From Pristiophorus japonicus (Eukaryota): DNA of 64,000 bases. The notes below the pieces were generated by a model. The model was given only the letters and a program-made list of their open reading frames with translations, did no database searches and was not told where the DNA came from. The stretch spans positions 226,672,001 to 226,736,000 of the forward strand of contig NC_091985.1 in NCBI RefSeq assembly GCF_044704955.1. Direction: 5' to 3'. Position 1 is the stretch's first letter, and every line of letters begins with the position of its first letter. Positions 1 through 12,730 of the stretch are shown piece after piece. The translations under genes and the position numbers were made by a program.

Positions 1-706
1 TGGGGGTCCTTGTACATTAAACATAAAAAGTTAGCAAGCAGTTACAACAATTAATTAGGAACGCAAATGGAATGTTGGCCTTTATTGCAAGGGGGATGGA
101 GTATAAAAGTAGGGAAGTCCTGCTGCGACTGTACAGGGCGTTGGTGAGACCATACCTGGAGTATTGCGCACAGTTTTGTTCTCATTTAACAAGGGATATA
201 CTTGCATTGGAGGCAGTTCAGAGAAGGTTCACGAGGTTGATTGCTGAGATGAAGGGGTTGTCATATGAAGAAAGGGTTAGCAGGTTAGGCCTATACTCAT
301 CGGAGTTTAGAAGACTTAGAGATGATCTTATTGAAACGTATAAGATTCTGAGGGGGCTTGGCAGGGTAGATGCAGAGTGGATGATTCCCCTCGTGGGGGA
401 ATCTTGAACTAGGGGGCATAGTTTCAGAATAAGGGATTGCGCATTTCAAACGGAAATGAGGAATTTATTCTCTGAGAGTCGTGAATCTTTGGAATTCTCT
501 ACCTTAGAGAGCTGTGGAGGCTGGGTCAATGAATGTATTTAAGGTGGGGATAGTCAGATTTTTGAAAGATAAGGGAGTCAAGGTTCATGGGGAGCAGGCG
601 TGGAAGTGGGCTTGAGGCCAGGATCAGATCAGCCATGATCTTATTCAATGGCGGAACAGGCTCGAGGGGCCAAATGGCCTACTACTCTTCCTATTTCTTA
701 TGTTCT
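1..706 (+). mobile_element. CR1 LINE 3' fragment (RT C-terminus and 3' UTR)
   Basis: ORF 72-407 has LYRALVRPYLEYCAQF...LEAVQRRFTRLI, typical of the CR1 ORF2 C-terminus. Ends in the family tail ggctcgaggggccaaatggcctac...ctatttcttatgtt. Confidence 0.9.
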
Positions 707-898
707 ACACCTGCCTTTGGAAGTTTTTGATGGGATAATGTAGAGGGAGCATTACTCTGGATATAACCCATGCTGTACCTGCCCTGGGAGTGTCAAATGG
801 AACAGTTTACGGGAGCTTTACTCTGTATCTAACCCGTGCTGTACCTCCCCTGGGAGTATTTGATGGGACAGTGCAGAGAGAGCTTTACTGTGTATTAA
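707..898. repeat. Degenerate ~66-bp tandem repeat, about 3 copies
   Basis: Unit approx. gggagtgtttgatgggacagtgtagagggagctttactctgtatctaacccgtgctgtacctgccct recurs three times. Confidence 0.75.
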
Positions 899-1049
899 GA
901 TGCAGGTCATAAGGTCCAGGGGACTTTTCCACCTTTAGTCCCATTATTTTACCGAACACTTTTTCATTAGTGATAGTGATTGCTTTAAGTTCCTCCCTCG
1001 CTATAGCTGCTTGATTATCTGTGATTGGGATGTTTCTACTATGAAGACT

Positions 1050-4000
1050 GATAGAAACATAGAAAATAGGTGCAGGAGTAGGCCATTCGGCCCTTCGAGC
1101 CTGCACCGCCATTCAATGAGTTCATGGCTGAACATGCAACTTCAGTACCCGATTCCTGCTTTCTCGCCATAGCCATTGATTCCCCCTAGTAGTAAGGACT
1201 ACATCTAACTCCTTTTTGAATATATTTAGAGAATTGGCCTCAACAACTTTCTGTGGTAGAGAATTCCACAAGTTCACCACTCTCTGGGTGAAGAAGTTTC
1301 TTCTCATCTCGGTCCTAAATGGCTTACACCTTATCCTTAGGCTGTGACCCCTGGTTCTGGACTTCCCCAACATTGGGAACATTCTTCCTGTATCTACCCT
1401 GTCTAAACCCGTCAGAATTTTAAACATTTCTATGAGATTCCCTCTCATTCGTCTGAACTCCAGTGAATACAAGCCCAGTTGATCCAGTCTTTCTTGATAT
1501 GTCAGTTCCGCCATCCCGGGAATCAGTCTGGTGAACCTTCACTGCACTCCCTCAATAGCAAGAACATCCTTCCTCAAGTTAGGAGACCAAAACTGTACAC
1601 AATACTCCAGATGTGGCCTCACCAAGGCCCTGTACAACTGTAGTAACACCTCCCTGCCCATGTACTCAAATCCCCTCGCTATGAAGGCCAACATGCCATT
1701 TGCTTTCGTAACTGCTTGCTGTACCTGCATGCCAACCTTCAATGACTGATGTACCATGACACCCAGGTCTCGTTGCACCTCCCCTTTTCCTAATCTGTCA
1801 CCATTCAGATAATAGTCTGTCTCTCTGTTTTTACCACCAAAGTGGATAACCTCACATTTATCCACATTATACTTCATCTGCCATGCATTTGCCCACTCAC
1901 CTAACCTATCCAAGTCACTCTGCAGCCTCATAGCATCCTCCTCGCAGCTCACACTGCCACCCAACTTAGTGTCATCCGCAAATTTGGAGATACTACATTT
2001 AATCCCCTCGTCTAAATCATTAATGTACAATGTAAACAGCTGGGGCCCCAGCACAGAACCTTGCGGTACCCCACTAGTCACTGCCTGCCATTCTGAAAAG
2101 TAGCCATTTACTCCTACTCTTTGCTTCCTGTCTGCCAACCAGTTCTCAATCCACGTCAGCACACTACCCCCAATCCCATGTGCTTTAACTTTGCATATTG
2201 TGGGACCTTGTCGAAAGCCTTCTGAAAGTCCAATTACACCACATCAACTGGTTCTCCCTTGTCCACTCTACTGGAAACATCCTCAAAAAATTCCAGAAGA
2301 TTTGTCAAGCATGATTTCCCTTTCACAAATCCATGCTGACTTGGACCTATCATGTCACCTCTTTCCAAATGCGCTGCTATGACATCCTTAATTAATTGAT
2401 TCCATCATTTTACCCACTACCGATGTCAGGCTGACCGGTCTATAATTCCATGTTTTCTCTCTCCCCCTCCTTTTTTAAAAAGTGGGGTTATATTGGCTAC
2501 CCTCCACTCCATAGGAACTGATCCAGAGTCAATAGAATGTTGGAAAATGACTGTCAATGCATCCGCTATTTCCAAGGCCAGCTCCTTAAGTACTCTGGGA
2601 TGCAGACCATCAGGCCCTGGAGATTTATCAGCCTTCAATCCCATCAATTTCCCCAACACAATTTCCTGACTAATCAGGATTTCCCTCAGTTCATCCTCCT
2701 TACAAGACCCTCTGACTCCTTTTATATCCGGAAGGTTGTTTGTGTCCTCCTTGGTGAATACCGAACCAAAGTACTTGTTCAATTGGTCTGCCATTTCTTT
2801 GTTCCCAGTTATGACTTCCCCTGATTCTGACTGCAGGGGACCTACGTTTGTCTTTACTAACCTTTTTCTCTTTACATATCTATAGAAGCTTTTGCAGTCC
2901 ATTTTAATGTTCCCTGCAAGCTTCCTCTCGTACTCTATTTTCCCTGCCCTAATCAAACCCTTTGTCCTCCTCTGCTGAGTTCTAAATTTCTCCCAGTCCC
3001 CGGGTTCGCTGCTATTTCTGGCCAATTTGTATGCCACTTCCTTGGCTTTAATACTATCCCTGATTTCCCTTGATAGCCACGGTTGAGCCACCTTCCCTTT
3101 TTTATTTTTACGCCAGACAGGGATGTACAATTGTCGTAGTTCATCTATGTGGTCTCTAAATGTCTGCCATTGCTACATCCACTGTCAACCCCTTAAGCAT
3201 CATTCGCCAATCTACCCTAGTCAATTCACGCCTCATACCTTCAAAGTTACCCTTCTTTAAGTTCTGGACCATGGTCTCAGAATTAACTGTTTCATTCTCC
3301 ATCTGAATGCAGAATTCCACCATATTATGGTCACTCTTCCCCAAGGGGCCTCGCACAACGAGATTGCTAATTAATCCTCTCTCATTACACAACACCCAGT
3401 CTAAGATGGCCTCCCCCCTAGTTGCTTCCTTGAAATATTGGTCTGGAAAACCATCCCTTATGCACTCCAGGAAATCCTCCTCCACCGTATTGTTTTCAGT
3501 TTGGTTAGCCCAATCTATGTGCATATTAAAGTCACCCATGATAACTACTGCACCTTTATTGCATGCACCCCTAATTTCCTGTTTGATGCCCTCCCCAACA
3601 TCACTACTACTGTTTGGAGGTCTGTACACAACTCCCACTAGCGTTTTCTGCCCCTTGGTATTCCGTAGCTCCACCCATACCGATTCCACATCATCCAAGC
3701 TCATGTCTTTCCTTTCAATTGCATTAATTTCCTCTTTAATCAGCAACGCCACCCCACCTCCTTTTCCTTTCTGTTTATCCTTCCTAAATGTTGAATACCC
3801 TTGGATGTTGAGTTCCCAGCCTTGGTCACCCTGGAGCCTTGTCTCCGTGATGCCAACCACATCGTATCCGTTAACTGCTATCTGCACAGTTAATTCGTCC
3901 ACCTTATTCCGAATACTCCTCGCATTGAGGCACAGAGCCTTCAGGCTTGCCTTTTTAACACACTTGGACCCTTTAGAATTTTGCTGCAAAGTGGCCCTTT

Positions 4001-4337
4001 TTGTTTTTTGCCTTGGGTTTCTCTGCCCTCCTAATTTACTTATCTCCTTTCTGTCTTTTGCTTCTGTCTCCATTTTGTTTCCCTCTGTCTCCCTGCATTG
4101 TTTCCCATCCCCCTGCCATATTAGTTTAACTCCTCCCCAACAGCACTAGCAAACACTCCTCTTAGGACATTGGTTCCGGTCCTGCTTAGGTGCAGACCGT
4201 TCGGTTTGTACTGGTCCCACCTCCCCCAGAACCGGTTCCAATGCCCCAGGAATTTGAATCCCTCCCTGCTGCACCACTGCTCAAGCCACGTATTCATCTG
4301 AGCTATCCTGCGATTCCTACTCTGACTAGCTCGTGAC
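1050..4337 (-). mobile_element. Young CR1 LINE, near-complete but frameshifted ORF2 plus end of esterase ORF1
   Basis: APE endonuclease 3156-4073 (LNARSIRNK, VYRPP, MGDFN, SDH); RT 1539-2162 ([14 protein letters not shown]); esterase end GLHL 4121-4339; 3' tail read as tagaaacatagaaaatagg on +. Confidence 0.92.
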
Positions 4338-4785
4338 AAAATATTTGTTCAAAGTCTCTGCCATTTCCATGTTCCTCATTATTAATTTCCCAGTCTCATC
4401 TTCTAAGGGACCAACGTTTACTTTAGCTACCCGTTTCCTTTTTACATACCTGTAGAAGCTCTTACTATCTGTTTTTATATTTCTTGCAAGTTTACTCTCA
4501 TAATCTTTCTTCCCTCTTTATTATTTCTTTGGTCGTCGTTTGCTAGTTAAAAAAAATTTCCCAATCCTCTGGCCTCCCACTAATCTTGGCCACTTTGTAT
4601 GCCATTGTTTTCAATTTGCCACCATCCTTTACTTCCTCAGCGGATAGTTCTCCGTTCTCTTAAAATCTTTCCTTCTCACTGACTATATTTTTATTGAGAG
4701 GTAGGACATATTTCCTTAAATGTCTGCTACTGCTTATCAACCGTCTTACACTTTAATCTATTTTCCCAGTCCACTTTAGTCAACT

Positions 4786-5694
4786 TTTTTGTTATACGTT
4801 CACGGGATGTGGGCGCAGCTGGCAAGGTCAGCATTTATTGCCCATCCCTAATTGCCCTTCAGAAGATGGTGGTGAGCCACCTTCTTGCACCGCTGCAGTC
4901 CGTGGTACTCCCACAGTGCTGTTAGGGAGGGAGTTCCAGGATTTTGACCCAGCTACAATGAAGGAATGGTGATTTGATTCCAAGTCAGGATGGTGTGTGA
5001 CTTGGAGGGGAACGTGGGGGTGGTGGTGTTCCCATGCGCTTGCTGCCCTTGTCCATCTAGATGGTAGAGGTTGTGGGTTTGGGAGGTGCTGCTGAAGAAG
5101 CCTTGGCCAGTTGCTGCAGTGCATCTTGTAGATGGTACACACTGCAGCCACGGTATGTCGATGATGGAGGGAGTGGATGTTTAAGGTGGTGGATGGGGTG
5201 CCAATCAAGCGGGCTGCTTTGTCCTGGATGGTGTCGAGCTTCTTGAGTGTTGTTGGAGCTGTACTCATCCAGGCAAGTGGAAAATATTCCATCACACTCC
5301 TGACTTGTGCCTTGTAGATGGTGGAAAGGCTTTGGGGAGTCAGGAAGTGAGACACTCGCCACAGAATACCCAGCCTCTGACCGGCTCTTGTTGCCACAGT
5401 ATTTATGTGGCTGGTCCAATTAAGTTTCTGGTCAATGGTGACCCCTAGGATGTAGTCGGTCAGGGATTCGGCGATGGTAATGCCATTGACTATTAAGGGG
5501 CGGTAGTTGACTCTCGCTTGTTGGAGATAGTCATTGCCTGTCACCTGTGTGGCACAAATGTTACTTGACACTTATCAGCCCAAGCTTGACTGTTGTCTAG
5601 GTCTTGCCGTAAGCGGGCATGGACTGCTCCATTATCTGAGGAGTTGCGAATGGAACTGAACACTGTGCAGTCATCAGCAAACATTCCCGCTTCT
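4786..5694 (-). mobile_element. Second LINE family (CR1-group, Crack/L2-like), 3' fragment
   Basis: FADD at its 5' edge; LGVTIDQKLNW...IYKAQVRSVMEY...LDTIQDKAARLI. Same family as 11060-12730. Clade assignment tentative. Confidence 0.75.
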
Positions 5695-7790
5695 GCTTTC
5701 ATACTTTTGTGGTCGCACTTATTTAGAATCAGGACACTGGTTTGAGATCCAACTTTCTCACCCTCCAACTGAATTTGAAATTCAACCATGCTATGATCAC
5801 TCTTTCCTAAAGGATCCTTAACGATAAGATCATTTATTAATCCTGTCTCATTACACAGTACCAGATCTAAGATAGCCTGCTCCCTGGTTGGTTCCACAAC
5901 GTACTGTTCAAGGAAACTATCCCGGATACATGCTATGAACTCTTGACCAATTTGATTTGTCTAATCAATATGAAGATTAAAATCGCCCATGATTATTGCC
6001 GTACCTTTCTTACAAGCCTCCATTATTTCTTGATTTATACTCCGTCCAACAGTGTAGCTACTGTTAGGGGGCCTATAGACAAAGCCCACCAGTGACTTCT
6101 TCCCCTTATTATTTCTTATCTCCACCCAAACTGATTCTACATCTTGAGCTTCTGAGCCAATATCATTTCTCACTACTGCACTGATCTCATCCTTTATTAA
6201 CAAAGCTACCTCACCTTTTCCTTTCTATTTATCCTTCCGAATTGTCAAATACCCTTGAATATTTAGTTCCCAGCCTTGGTCACCTTGCAACCAGTAATGG
6301 CTATCAGATAATTCCCATTTGTATCTATTGTATGCCGTCAATACATCTATCTTGTTACGAATGTTGCGTGCATTCAGATAAAGAGCTTTTAATTTTGTCT
6401 TTTTACCATTTTTCTCTGCTTTGACCCTACTTTCTGTTGCACTCTTATTTTTATCTTTCCTTTCCTGTTAGTCTGGTTATCATTTTCCCCCACCGCTACC
6501 CTGCTCTATTGCCTTCTCCTTGCTTTTTGCCTTCTTAAATTTCCGCTCACCTGAACCCTCCCCCGCGCTATTTAATTTAAAGCCCTCTTTATAGCCCTAG
6601 TTATTTGCTTCGCCAGGACACCAGCACTAGCCTGGTTCAAGTGAAGCCCGTCCCAACGGAACAGCTCCCTCTTGCCCCAGTACTGGTCCCTACGTGGACC
6701 ATAACAACTGGTCCCAGTATCCCATGAACTGAAACCCATTTCTCCCACACCGGTCTTTGAGCACCGTGTTCATCTCTCTGATCTTATTTACCCGATGCAC
6801 ATTTGCTCGTGGCTCAGGTAGTAATCCAGAGATTATTGTCTTTGTGGTTCTTTTTAATTTAGCCCCTAGCTGCTCAAAATCCCTCAGCAGAACCTCTTTC
6901 TTTGTTCTGTCTGTGTCATTGGTCCCGACGTGGACCATGACAACTGGATCTTCCCCCTCCCACTCCAAGTTCCTCTCCAACCCAGAGGACATGCCCTTAA
7001 CCTTGGCACCGGGCAGGCAACACAGCCTTCGGGACTCACGCACTCGGCTGCAGAGAACAGTATCTATCCCCCTAACTATACTCTTTCCTCCCACTACAAC
7101 ATTTCTTTTTACTCCCCCCACTTGAATGGCCTCCTGTACCACGGCACTGTGGTCAGTTTGCTCATCCTCCCTGCAGTCCCTGCCCTCATCCAAACAGGGA
7201 GCAAGAATCTCGTACCTGTTGGACAATTGCAAGGGCTGAGACTCCTCCACCACTACTTCCTGGGCCCCCACAGCTGCCTCGCTCGTAGTCATACCCTCCT
7301 GTCCCTAACCACGGACCAAGTTTGAATTAATTAATCTAAGGGGTGTGACTGCCTCCTGGAACACAGGGTCCAGGTAACTCTCCCCCTCCCTGATGTGTCG
7401 CAGTGTCTGCAGCTCGGACTCCAGCTCATCAACGCGGAGCCGAAGTTCTTCGAGCAGCCAACACTTACTGCAGATGTGGTCGCCGTGGACCTCAATGGGG
7501 TCAACCAGCTCCCACATGCAGCAGCAGTAACACATCGCCTGCCCTGCCATCTCTAATGTATTTAGTTAAGTTTTCACGTTTTGAAAGTTTAAATTTTTAA
7601 TCCCAGTTCTTAATTTAAACCAATGCCCAAGAAAAGAGAGAAAAACTGACCAACCAATCACTTCCCTGCTTTCCTTTGACATCACAGTTTGAATCTTTTT
7701 ACTTCTTATCCTCCCAGGTCACTTTCGGCTGTCTGCTCGGCTGACTCACGCCCTTTGTAGGCTTACTGCTGCTCCCACTCTCACGCCCTT

Positions 7791-8160
7791 TCCGAAGGGA
7801 TGGGTGCAAGTAGGTTTTTCCCCTCATGTTGGTTCTCTCACTACCTGCTGCAGGCCCAGTCTGGCAGCTATGTCCTTCAGGACTTTGCCAGCTCGGTCAG
7901 TAGTGGTGCTGCCGAGCCAGTCTTGATGGACATTGAAGTCGCCCACCCAAAGTACATTCTGTGCACCTTGCTACCCTCTGTGCTTCTTCCAAGTGGTGTT
8001 TGACATGGAGGAGCACTGATTCATCAGCTGAGGGAGGGCGGTAGGTGGTAATCAGCAGGAGGTTTCCTTGCCCATCCTTGACCTGAAGCCACGAGACTTA
8101 ATGGGGTCCGGAGTCAATGTTGAGAACTCCCAGGGCCACATCCTCCCAACTGTATACTAC
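7791..8160 (-). mobile_element. LINE endonuclease-region fragment, probably of the second family
   Basis: Minus strand reads ...WVGDFNVHQDWLGSTTTD..., an APE GDFN motif unlike the CR1 copies here. Confidence 0.55.
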
Positions 8161-8490
8161 TGTGCTGGAGCAGGCTCGAGGAGCCAAATGGCCTACTCCT
8201 GCTTCTATTTCTTATGTGCTTCTACCCTAGCCCAGATCCTGTCTCTATATTAAGAGCAATGGTCCCAACACTGACCCTGGGGGACACCACTGTTTACATC
8301 CCTCCGGTCTGAAGAACATCCATTAACCACTACTCTCTGTTTTTTGCCCTTTACCCAACTTCCTCTCCACGTGGCCCCACTCCCTTTAATACCATGAGCC
8401 TTAATTTGATCAACAAGCCTCCTGTCCAGCACCTTATCAAACACTTTTTGACAATCTATCTACACAACATCCACTGCATTTCCTTTCTCA
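8161..8490. mobile_element. Short CR1 fragments (3' tail on +, RT piece on -)
   Basis: gcaggctcgaggagccaaatggcctactcctg tail; ORF 8250-8444 FDKV...GVPQG. Confidence 0.7.
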
Positions 8491-8639
8491 CTGCACTGTG
8501 TTATTTCCTGAAATAATCCCTGCTGTCTGTCCTGAATCAATCCATTTCACTACCAAATGTTGCAACGTTTACTTCTGTAGCCAGAATCCCCCCCGCGCAG
8601 AGGTGAAGTGCTCTATCAATGACAACAGGAGCCCAGACG

Positions 8640-8931
8640 CAGGACCGAGCTGTGCTCTGAGCAGGCGCAGTGCCAGTGGTGGAGGTGGTCTGAGGCGAAA
8701 GAGATGTTCCGCTAGTCGGTAGGAGCTTGTGGGCTCAGCGGAGGAATTGGACCCCTGGGTGGGCTGGGCAGCTTCATAAACACTTGGTGTAGGCCTCAGG
8801 CCCCGAATACAAGCCTGCAGGCTCCATGTTTTGACCTGCGATGATAGACCCGACCGCACGGGGTAACTAGCCGAATTCTTGGATAGGATCAGCACATCTG
8901 CGCGGCCATCTTGGTACAGGAGCAGAGGGCG
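8640..8931 (+). promoter_or_regulatory. GC-rich promoter / non-coding first exon of the ZNF gene
   Basis: YY1-type gcggccatctt at 8902-8912 and candidate donor cgg|gtgggg at ~8932. Blocks gcttcataaaca and gccatctt.gtacagga are shared with the 5' end of the retrocopy at 42670-42890. Confidence 0.55.
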
Positions 8932-9245
8932 GGTGGGGCGTTAGGGTCCCAGTGATCAGGAAAGACAATAATTTCCTCATTTATTTTCAATATGCACACA
9001 CGGGATGTAGAACTGAACCCAACCAGAGAAGAGGGAGTGAGAAAACTGCAGATGGAGGAAAGAAATTATGGAGGTGGTGTGATGAGTTTGGATTTCAGCA
9101 CAGGGTGGAGGGAGAGTGTGTGGGACGGGAATTTATAGCTTTGGGGGAACAAGAGAGGAAAGAATGTTCTATAGAAACTAGGATTGTCTGTCCTCAATTT
9201 CTATTCTGCACTTCCAGTGCTGACTTTTGTAAACTCCTTTTGCAG

Positions 9246-10176
9246 GATAATAGAAAAGGAGGATTTACAGACGGGAAACTCCAACCAATCATATCAAGAT
9301 CTGACAGAGTCACTCGATTCACCTGTATATCATCGGCCTTTGAATGTGGAAGGAGAAACGTTTGTCTGTTCTGTCTGTGGGAAAAGATTTTAAACATTAA
9401 TGTGACTGGAAAAGCACCGAGACACACACACACCCGAGTGTTCCAGTGCACTGACTGTGGAAAGAGCTTTAACCAGCCTGAAAAAACATCGCACCATTCA
9501 CAGGTGGAGAAACCGTACACGTGTTGTGTGTGGACGAGACTTCAACTGATCATCCAACCTGGAGAGACACAACGACGCCTGCACCACGGAGAAACGGTGG
9601 AAATGTGGGGACTGTGGGAAGGGATTCAATTGTCCCTCTGCGCTGGAAACTCATCGACGCTGTCACAACGGAGAGAGGCCATTCACCTGCCCCGTGTGTG
9701 GGAAGGGATTCACTCGTTCATCCAACCTGCTGGTACACGAGCGAATTCACACTGGGGAGAGGCCGTTCACCTGCTCTGTGTGTGGGAAGGGATTCACTTA
9801 TTCGTCCAGTCTGCTGGCACATGAGCGAATTCACACTGGGGCGAGGCCATTCACCTGCTCTGTGTGTGAGAAGGGATTCACTCGTTCATCCGCCCTCACT
9901 GAACACCAGCGAGTTCACACTGGGGAGAGGCCGTTTACCTGTCCCGTGTGTGGGAAGGGATTCACTCGTTCATCCAAGCTGTGGACACACCAATGCACTC
10001 ACACTGGGGAGAGGCCATTCATCTGCTCCGAGTGTGGGAAGGGATTCACTGATTCATCCCACCTGCTGAGACACCAGCGAGTTCATACTGGGGAGAGGCC
10101 GTTCACCTGCTCTGAGTGTGGGAAGGAATTCACTCGATCATCCAACCTGCTGAGACACCAGCGAGTTCACAAGTGA
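9246..10176 (+). pseudogene. C2H2 zinc-finger gene exon with disrupted 5' part and 7 tandem fingers open from 9550
   Basis: Acceptor cctttttgcag-like at ~9245. Frameshifts and an in-frame TGA at 9547. HTGERPF-linked CxxC...HxxxH fingers run to TGA at 10176. AATAAA at ~10787 lies beyond a CR1 insertion. Confidence 0.8.
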
Positions 10177-10299
10177 CTCTGCTGATATTGTTGCCGTTAA
10201 TCAGATCCAGGACTGAACCATGTTCACTCGGACAGTTGGAGTTTGTTGCCGCTGGTGTAATTAATCCCTATAACTGGACTGGAGCTTAATTTTTTGGAT

Positions 10300-10770
10300 A
10301 TCATAGAATGGTTACAGCACAGAAGGAGGCCTTTCGGACCGTCGAGCCCGTGCCGGCTCTTCTGCAAGAACACTTCAGCTAGTCCCACTCCCCGCCCTTT
10401 CCCCGTAGACCTGCAAATGTTTTATTTCCGGTACTTATCCAATTCCCTTTTTGAAAGCCACGATTGAATCTGCCTCCACCACCCTTTCAGGCCGTGCATT
10501 CCAGATCCTAACCACTCGCTGCTTAAAAAAACGTTTTTTCCCATGTCGCCTTTGGTTCTTTTGCCAATCATCTTGAATCTGTGTCCTCTGGTTCTCCACC
10601 CTTCCGCTAATGGGAATATTTTCTCCCTACTCTGTCCAGACCCCTCATGATTTTAGAGCACCTCGACCAAATCTCTCAACCTTCTCTGTTCTAAGAAGAA
10701 GAACCCTAGCTTCACCAGTCTATCCATGTAACTGAAGTCCCTCATTCTCGTAAATCTTTTCTGCACCCTC
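10300..10770 (-). mobile_element. CR1 3' end fragment in the ZNF 3' UTR
   Basis: catagaatggttacagcacagaaggaggcc... is an antisense CR1 tail followed by RT C-terminal sequence. Confidence 0.75.
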
Positions 10771-11059
10771 TGTCAAACAACTGTCAAATAAATCAGCTTT
10801 GTTTCCTACATACAGTGAGTCGATTCCTGGATTTCTCCAAGAGGAGACTAATTGATGTCCTGTTACCGACTGTTCCATTTTTGAACCTTTTCTCTTTTGT
10901 TAAAGGAAGATTTGTATTTATAAAATGCTTTTCACGGCCTCTGTTTTAGTGATGTTGGTTGAAGGATAAATGTTAGCCAGGACACCAGAGAGATTTATTT
11001 TCTTCGAAAAAACGTCATGGAATCTTTGACACCCAATTGACAGGTCAGATGGTTCTGAT

Positions 11060-12730
11060 TCGTTTTTTAAATTCGTTCAACGGATGTGGGCGTCGCTGGT
11101 AAGGTCAGCATTTATTGCCCATCCATAATTGCCCTTGAGAAGATGGTGGTGAGCCACCTTCTTGAACTGCTGCAGTCCGTGTGGTGATGGTACTCCCACA
11201 GTGCTGTTAGGGAGGGAGTTCCAGGATTTTGACCCAGCGATAATGAAGGAATGGCGATATGCTTCCAAATCAGGATGGTGTGTGACTTAGAGGGGAACGT
11301 GGAGATGGTGGTGTTCCCATGCGCCTGCTGCCCTTGTCCTTCTAGGTGGTAGAGGTCACGGGTTTGGGAGGTGCTGCCGAAGAAGCCTTGGCGTGTTGCT
11401 GCAGTGCATCTTGTACATGGTAAACAGTGCAGCCACGGTATGTCGATGATGGAAGGAGTGAATGTTTAAGGTGGTGGATGGGGTGCCAATCAAGCGGGCT
11501 GCTTTGTCCTGGATGGTGTCAAGCTTCTTGAGTGTTGTCGCAGTTGCACTCATCCAGGCAAGTGGGAGAGCATTCCATCACACTCCTGACTTGTGCCTTG
11601 TAGATGGTGGAAAGGCTTTGGGGAGTCAGGAGGTGAAACACTCGCCACAAAATACCCAGCCTCTGACCTGCTCTTGTTACCACAGTATTTATGTGTCTGG
11701 TCCAGTTAAATTTCTGATTAATGGTAACCCCGAAGATGTTGATGGTAGGGTATTCGGCAATGGTAATGCCATTGAATATTATGGGGCGGTGCTGTCTCAC
11801 TTGTTGCTGATAGTCATTGCCTGCCACTTTTGTGTCATAAATGTTACTTGCCACTTATCAGCCCAAGCCTGAATGTTGTCCAGGTCTTGCTGTATGCGGG
11901 CATGGACTGCTCCATTATCTGAGTAGTTGCGAATGGAACTGAACACTGTGCAGTCATCAGCGAACATCCCCACTTCTGATCTTATGATGGAAGTAAGGTC
12001 ATTGATGAAGCAAATGAAGATAGTTGGGCCTAGGACACTGCCCTGAGGAACTCCTGGGGCTGTGATGATTAACCTCCAACCACCACAACCTTTGTGCTCG
12101 GTATGATTCCAGCCAGTGGAGAGTTTTCCCCCTGATTCCCATTGTCATCAGTTTTACTAGGGCTCCTTGATGCCACACTCGATTAAGGGCAGCCACTCTC
12201 GCCTCACCTCTGGAATTCAGCTTTTTTGTCCATGTTTGGACCAAGGCTGTGATGAGGTCTGGAGCCGAGTGCTCCTGGCGGAACCCAAACTGGGTATTAG
12301 TGAGCAGAATATTGGTGAGTAAGTGCCGCTTGATAGCACTGTTGGCGACACCTTCCATCACTTTGCTAATGTTTGAGAGTATACTGATGGGGCAGTAATT
12401 GACCAGATTGGATTTGTCCTGCTTTTTGTGAACAGGACATACCTGGGCAGTTTTCCACATTGTCGCATAGATGCCATTGTTGTAGCTGTATTGGAACAGC
12501 TTGGCTAGAAGCACAGCTAGTTCTGGAGCACAAGTCTTCAGCACAGCAGCCGGTATGTTGTCAGAGCCCATAGCCTTTGCTGCATCCAGTGCATTCAGCC
12601 ATTTCTTGACATCATGTGGAGTGAATTGAATTGGCTGGCTTCTGTGATGGTGGGGACCTTAGGAGGAGGCCCACATGGATCATCCTCTCAGTACTTCTGG
12701 CTGAAGCTGGTTTTAAACACTTCAGCCTTC
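11060..12730 (-). mobile_element. Second LINE family (Crack/L2-like), RT and 3' end
   Basis: ORF 11999-12571 DNIPAAVLKTCAPEL...QFGFR...RVWHQGAL; 3' part parallels 4786-5694. Confidence 0.8.

Larger units (their letters stand above)
899..7790 (-). mobile_element. Older CR1 LINE in pieces (899-1049, 4338-4785, 5695-7790), interrupted by two younger LINEs
   Basis: ORF1 CxxC/CxxC finger plus coiled coil (7305-7550), SGNH-esterase region VHVGTND (6690-7292), APE endonuclease pieces VYRPP/MGDFN (5961-6203). gaagactga at ~1049 rejoins acaaaatatttgttc at ~4338. Confidence 0.75.
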
